This document shows, one piece after another, positions 59,226 through 64,000 of a stretch of DNA of 64,000 nt. The number at the start of each line of letters is the position of its first letter. Position 1 is the stretch's first letter. The DNA comes from Candidatus Cloacimonadales bacterium. Its GTDB lineage: Bacteria > Cloacimonadota > Cloacimonadia > Cloacimonadales > DAONDQ01. The notes below the pieces were generated by a model. The model made no database searches, was not told where the DNA came from, and was given only the letters and a program-made list of their open reading frames with translations. The stretch is from NCBI GenBank assembly GCA_963662275.1, contig OY759316.1:800001-864000 (forward strand), in the 5' to 3' direction. A program made the translations under genes and the position numbers.

Positions 59226-62135
59226 ATGAAAAAAACTCTATTTGTTCTTATCTTACTTACAGTTTCTATCTTTTTTTCTTTTCCAGATGCATGGGCATTA
59301 ACTGACAAAACTGATCATAATATGATTGTTAATCTGAATAGTAACAGAAATGATGAATTAAGAGATACGCAGAATTTCAACGTAACAGTTACCACAGACA
59401 GTATCACGGGAGCAGCCATATTTGCCGATGGCATTAATACCGGAGAAGTAACTCCCCACACATTTGTACTACCACGTAATTCAGATGTTACCTATACTGT
59501 TCAGAAGGATGGCTATATTTGTGCTTTGGCAGTAGGCTCAGATAGTAATGTCATCGTAAATTTAACTTCAAATAAAAACATCGTATTTAACTGTACCCAA
59601 ATATTCTATCAGGTTACTATCAACGCCAGTAATGTATCCAGTGCTTCCATCCTTGCCAATGGAACCAGTACAGGTGAAGTGACGCCCCACACATTTGTTG
59701 TGGCAGCATTAACAACAGTTACATACACAATACAGAAAGAAAAATATACCTGGGTATTAGCTAGTAGTTCGGATAGTAATATCATCGTCAATCTCGATTC
59801 TGATAGAGATATAGTGTTCGAAGGAATCCCCTCTTTTTATGTGACCATTACATCCGGTTTTAATCCTGCTGCTATGATCGATTCCAATGGCGTTTATACA
59901 GGATATCTTTCCTACCACAGGTTCTTAGTACCGAGAGGGAAGAATGTTACCTATACTTTAAGAAAGCAAAATGTAGCCTGGGCATTAGCTGATACTTCTG
60001 ACAGCAATGTCATTGTAAATCTCGATTCTGATAGAAATATCGTTTTTGAAGGGACTTTTGAAGCAGGATCGGGCGGGTATCTTATTGGTTGGGGTTACAA
60101 TGAAAAAAATGAAATACCTCCAGGTAATGATTTCATAGCTATATCTGGGTACCTTGCTTTACGGGCGAATGGGAAAATCGTTGATTTGGGTTATATACCT
60201 TCATATGGGGATTGGGATTTCTCCGAAGGTATGTGGTATCCTCCTGCTGATAGTGATTTCATAGCTGTTGTGGCAGCTATTATGACACAGAATCGTCTTG
60301 CTCTAAAAAAAGATGGTTCTCTTGTTGGTTGGGGTTACAATAACTACATTCAAAATGTTCCAACTGGAAACGACTTTGTGGCAATTGCTAATGATGGATG
60401 CTCTCTTGCTCTAAAAATAGACGGTTCAATTGTTGCATGGGGAATTTCAATGTACGATCTGCATGAAGTTCCACATGGAAACGATTTCGTAGCAATTTCC
60501 ATTTGTCGCGGTCTTCAGTCGTACGGAACTAATCTTGCCTTGAAAAGGGACGGTTCTTTGGTAGCCTGGCCTGTTTTACAACATACATCGGATGAGTACG
60601 GTTTGTTAAACGTACCTGCGGGCAACGATTTTGTCGCAATTACAGGTGGTGATGACTGCTTTATTGCTATACGATCAGATGGCTCACTGGTTGCATGGGG
60701 AGATACCAGCTATGGTAATTGCGATGTTCCTACGGGCAATGGTTATATAGCGATATATTCAACCATGGGAGAACATATTGCACTGAAATCAGACGGATCG
60801 CTTGTGAGAAGGGGATGGTTTAACCCTCTTCCCTATACTCCTCCCTATGGGAACAGCTATTTTGCGATAGGTGCTAGTATTGCAATTAGTTCAGTACCGG
60901 TACCTTATTCTGTCACCGTTTCAACAGGTGTATTAGATCCTTATGCTTTGGGTGCCCCGATAGCAATAATACTACCTGATTATCCTACAGAAGATAATTG
61001 GTATACTTACAACTTAGGTTATTGCACAAGTATTTTAATTAATGATATGATAACTAGTGCTGTACCACGTTATACATTTATCATTCCCCCACATACCAGT
61101 TTGACCTTCACAGTTAAAAAACCAGATTATGAATTCTGGTCTGTTGGAGATGACAATATTATTTTTAATCTTGAATCAGACAGAATGATCGTATTTAATG
61201 GCAGATTTCACTATCAGGATTCCCGATTTGAAATTTACGGAGATACCGGGTGTTATATCAATTTGTACAGTGGTGGATGGGTGGATTATATTTTTAACTT
61301 TCCCCCACCACCATATACACCTCCCAATGCTCTCGTTTTTGAGATTTTTGGGAGATCTGATTCGGGCAGAAGTAGTCTAAAAATTATCAGTCATGAAGGA
61401 AGCAAATACATCCTGATCTATTACAACGGTGCCTGGCACCAGGGAAATCCTTACCCTGGTACTCGAGTCACTTTTACCGATGTTCCAATTGGTACAATGA
61501 AAGGTGGTGGTATTCCCGTCATAATGTCTGATACAGACCCGACACTGCCTGTTGAATTATCTAGTTTCACGGCAGTTCAAACTTCAGAATGCTTCGTAAA
61601 TCTGCAATGGACAACTGAATCCGAAACACAGGTTCTTGGATTTAACCTATATCGAAGTGAAACCAGTGATTTGATCAATTCAATTCGTATCAACAATAGT
61701 GTAGTTGCAGCCACAAATACTTCTGAACAGCACTCATATTCTCTGACAGATGAGCAAGTAGAAATCGGTAAGACGTACTACTACTGGCTTGAAAACGTTG
61801 ATATGGATGGTACAAGCACCATGTACGGTCCTCATAGTGTCACAATAACCGAGAATCAAACTCCCATACTGCCTGTTGTTTCCCTGCTTAATAATGCTTA
61901 TCCTAATCCTTTCCATTTTGGCAGCAATGCAAAAATCAAAGTTGCCATTAAGGGAGGAGAAACAGGAACTATAACTATATTTAATATTCGTGGGCAATGT
62001 GTGAAGACCTTCCAGGTTGAAGAAGGTTTTCATACGCTGGAATGGGATGGGAATGGCTGTGCAAGCGGAGTCTATTTTTATAGATTAGTAACACCATCCA
62101 TCACTTCAACGAAGAAATTGCTTATTGTGAAATAG
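59226..62135 (+). CDS. Secreted protein with PEGA-like repeats, RCC1-like repeats and a C-terminal sorting domain
   Basis: Three TG..TPHTF...SDSN.IVNL repeats; about six P.GNDF.AI...LALK.DGSLVAWG repeats; LPVELSSF; YPNPF...SGVYFY. Confidence 0.82.
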   Translation: MKKTLFVLILLTVSIFFSFPDAWALTDKTDHNMIVNLNSNRNDELRDTQNFNVTVTTDSITGAAIFADGINTGEVTPHTFVLPRNSDVTYTVQKDGYICALAVGSDSNVIVNLTSNKNIVFNCTQIFYQVTINASNVSSASILANGTSTGEVTPHTFVVAALTTVTYTIQKEKYTWVLASSSDSNIIVNLDSDRDIVFEGIPSFYVTITSGFNPAAMIDSNGVYTGYLSYHRFLVPRGKNVTYTLRKQNVAWALADTSDSNVIVNLDSDRNIVFEGTFEAGSGGYLIGWGYNEKNEIPPGNDFIAISGYLALRANGKIVDLGYIPSYGDWDFSEGMWYPPADSDFIAVVAAIMTQNRLALKKDGSLVGWGYNNYIQNVPTGNDFVAIANDGCSLALKIDGSIVAWGISMYDLHEVPHGNDFVAISICRGLQSYGTNLALKRDGSLVAWPVLQHTSDEYGLLNVPAGNDFVAITGGDDCFIAIRSDGSLVAWGDTSYGNCDVPTGNGYIAIYSTMGEHIALKSDGSLVRRGWFNPLPYTPPYGNSYFAIGASIAISSVPVPYSVTVSTGVLDPYALGAPIAIILPDYPTEDNWYTYNLGYCTSILINDMITSAVPRYTFIIPPHTSLTFTVKKPDYEFWSVGDDNIIFNLESDRMIVFNGRFHYQDSRFEIYGDTGCYINLYSGGWVDYIFNFPPPPYTPPNALVFEIFGRSDSGRSSLKIISHEGSKYILIYYNGAWHQGNPYPGTRVTFTDVPIGTMKGGGIPVIMSDTDPTLPVELSSFTAVQTSECFVNLQWTTESETQVLGFNLYRSETSDLINSIRINNSVVAATNTSEQHSYSLTDEQVEIGKTYYYWLENVDMDGTSTMYGPHSVTITENQTPILPVVSLLNNAYPNPFHFGSNAKIKVAIKGGETGTITIFNIRGQCVKTFQVEEGFHTLEWDGNGCASGVYFYRLVTPSITSTKKLLIVK

Positions 62136-62318
62136 AGATTAAAAGTAAGTCTAAGCCCTATCAGATAGAGAACGGCTGAAGCAGTTCATCCAATGACTGA
62201 AGTAATTGCTACAGTGTCGTCCTAAATGAGTCGTCCCTAAATACAAATATGTAATTTTCCTTGACCTGGAATTTTCATCTTTCCCAATTGATTAAATCTC
62301 TTTGAGTAATGAGGAATT

Positions 62319-63059
62319 ATGAAAGTTCTATCTATTGCCGGATTTAGTCAGACTGGCAAAACAACACTCTCTGTGAACCTAATCCAAGAATTGAGGAAAC
62401 GCGGATATTCAGTTTCTTCTATAAAAGATATTCATTTTGATGATTTTACGATGGAAACACCGGGTTCGAATACTTGGAAACACTGGGAAGCAAGTGATAA
62501 TACCGTATTTGCGCATAGTCATAAGGAAACTTACCAAATCTGGCATCATTCCCTTTCTCTCAAGGAAATGCTCTCACATCTTGATACTGATTGGGTTATC
62601 GTGGAAGGAATGAAAGAAGCTCCCCTACCTCGAATCATGTGTGCTGAATCTGAAGCGGATCTATGCAATCTTATTGACGGTACTGTTATGATAATATCGG
62701 GCAAAATTGCTGAACATGAGACGGTTTATAAGAATCTATCAGTTCTGCATAACACAAAGGATATTCAAAAAATTGCAGATATTGTCGAGCAAAAAGTATT
62801 TGATGTATTACCACTTTCCGATCCTGAATGCTGCACTATGTGCGGTATGAATTGCACGGAAATGGTTGCTGCCATAATCAAAGGAGAAAAGAAAAGAGAT
62901 GATTGTCAGACGGATAGAAACCAGGGAATTAAAGTTTGGATTGACGATAAGGAAATCGTCATGGTTCCTTTTATACAAAAAGTCCTGAAAAGCATGATAG
63001 AAGCATTCTTGAGTAATCTTAAAGGTTATCGGAAAGGGAAGATTAGGATAGATTTATGA
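62319..63059 (+). CDS. mobB: Molybdopterin-guanine dinucleotide biosynthesis protein MobB with a C-terminal Fe-S-type Cys motif
   Basis: GFSQTGKTT, IKDIH and IVEG; CTMCGMNC...C. Confidence 0.82.
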   Translation: MKVLSIAGFSQTGKTTLSVNLIQELRKRGYSVSSIKDIHFDDFTMETPGSNTWKHWEASDNTVFAHSHKETYQIWHHSLSLKEMLSHLDTDWVIVEGMKEAPLPRIMCAESEADLCNLIDGTVMIISGKIAEHETVYKNLSVLHNTKDIQKIADIVEQKVFDVLPLSDPECCTMCGMNCTEMVAAIIKGEKKRDDCQTDRNQGIKVWIDDKEIVMVPFIQKVLKSMIEAFLSNLKGYRKGKIRIDL

Positions 63060-63667
63060 TATTACAGCCTATGTTTTCGCGTCATGATCCGAAAGTATTG
63101 GCAATTTGGCAAAAGAGTACAGTTGCCATAGCCGGAGCTGGTGGTCTTGGTTCCGTAGTTGCTATTTCATTGGCAAGAGCAGGAGTGGGTACGTTAGTTA
63201 TTGACGATTTTGATATCGTTGAACCATCTAATCTAAACCGTCAACAATATTACCAGGATCAGATTGGTATGCTGAAGGTTCATGCCTTGAAGCAGAATTT
63301 ACAACGTATCAATCCTGATGGAAATTACCTCATGCATACCTTGCGGATTACAGAAGAGAATATGGATTCCATTTTTGGAGCAGCGGATATTCTCATTGAA
63401 GCCTTTGATAGGGCAGATCAAAAGCAGATGCTGATCGAAGGCTGGCAGTCATTATATCCCTTGAAACCTATTATTGCAGCTTCCGGAGTAGCAGGATGGG
63501 GAAGAACAGAATTATTGCATATTCATCAAAGTGGAAACATATATATTTGTGGTGATGAAGTAACTGAATTAGAAGGGACTTACACACCTCTGGCACCGCG
63601 GGTCGGAATCGTTGCAAACATGCAGGCAAATCTGACACTTCAATTATTATTGGAGATTCATTCATGA
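63056..63667 (+). CDS. thiF: ThiF/MoeB family sulfur-carrier adenylyltransferase
   Basis: AGAGGLGS, DFD.VEPSNLNRQ, EAFD and APRV...AN.QAN. Confidence 0.88.
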   Translation: MILQPMFSRHDPKVLAIWQKSTVAIAGAGGLGSVVAISLARAGVGTLVIDDFDIVEPSNLNRQQYYQDQIGMLKVHALKQNLQRINPDGNYLMHTLRITEENMDSIFGAADILIEAFDRADQKQMLIEGWQSLYPLKPIIAASGVAGWGRTELLHIHQSGNIYICGDEVTELEGTYTPLAPRVGIVANMQANLTLQLLLEIHS

Positions 63668-63867
63668 AGAAGATTATCGTCAATGGAAATGAAATAGTGT
63701 GGGAAGAAAACCTTACTGTTAGAGGTGTTCTGACTAAAATGAACTATACATTCAAGATGCTTGTGATAAAAATCAATGGAAATCTCGTACGCAAAGCTGA
63801 TTATGATACAACGGTCGTTCCCGATGGGGCAGTAGTGGATGTGATTCATCTCATCAGCGGAGGGTGA
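63664..63867 (+). CDS. thiS: ThiS/MoaD family sulfur carrier
   Basis: 67 aa, IIVNG...KING and C-terminal GG. Confidence 0.9.
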   Translation: MKKIIVNGNEIVWEENLTVRGVLTKMNYTFKMLVIKINGNLVRKADYDTTVVPDGAVVDVIHLISGG

Positions 63868-63870
63868 GGA

Positions 63871-63980
63871 GATTTAAGATTTAAGATTTAAGATTTAAGA
63901 TTTAAGATTTAAGATTTAAGATTTAAGATTGGAAGAAAATAGGATTTAGAACCTAGAACCTAGAACCTAATACCTAATAC
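63871..63980. repeat. Heptamer tandem repeats: (GATTTAA)x8, then TAGAACC/TAATACC
   Basis: Directly visible; related heptamers occur at ~5267-5288, ~6137-6228 and ~35155-35185. Confidence 0.9.
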
Positions 63981-64000
63981 AAGGAGTAAATACGATGTTA

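Overview
A low-GC bacterial chromosomal window. Five secreted proteins end in a YPNPF...SGVYF C-terminal sorting/FlgD-Ig domain, which suggests an FCB-group anaerobe, probably Ca. Cloacimonadota (inference). The housekeeping backbone is topA (partial), secA, rlmD, a tRNA nucleotidyltransferase, PPi-type PFK, xerC, rpsP-khpA-rimM-trmD-rplS, ogt, corA, purH, tRNA-Ser(GGA) and mobB-thiF-thiS. Mobile DNA consists of an intact REP-associated tyrosine transposase (RAYT) between two opposed REP arrays, a complete 1861-bp IS256/Mutator-like IS with inverted repeats and an 8-bp target duplication, a group II intron inserted right after the tRNA terminator, a 697-bp tandem duplication carrying a Y1-transposase remnant, and many REP-like and short tandem repeat families. 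The best candidate for an undescribed system is the operon at 48375-51896, possibly extending to 53931. It encodes three signal-peptide-bearing ferredoxin-type proteins (one a lipoprotein, one fused to a MamS/MamX-like domain), a putative outer-membrane beta-barrel and a Cys-containing DsbD_2-type membrane protein, and could be a heme-free envelope electron-transfer or metal-handling module. Other notable observations: REP hairpins with different stems but one conserved loop, REP arrays translated as protein tails, and an out-of-frame transposase start in an A7 run. All family assignments come from motif recognition by eye; no searches were run.
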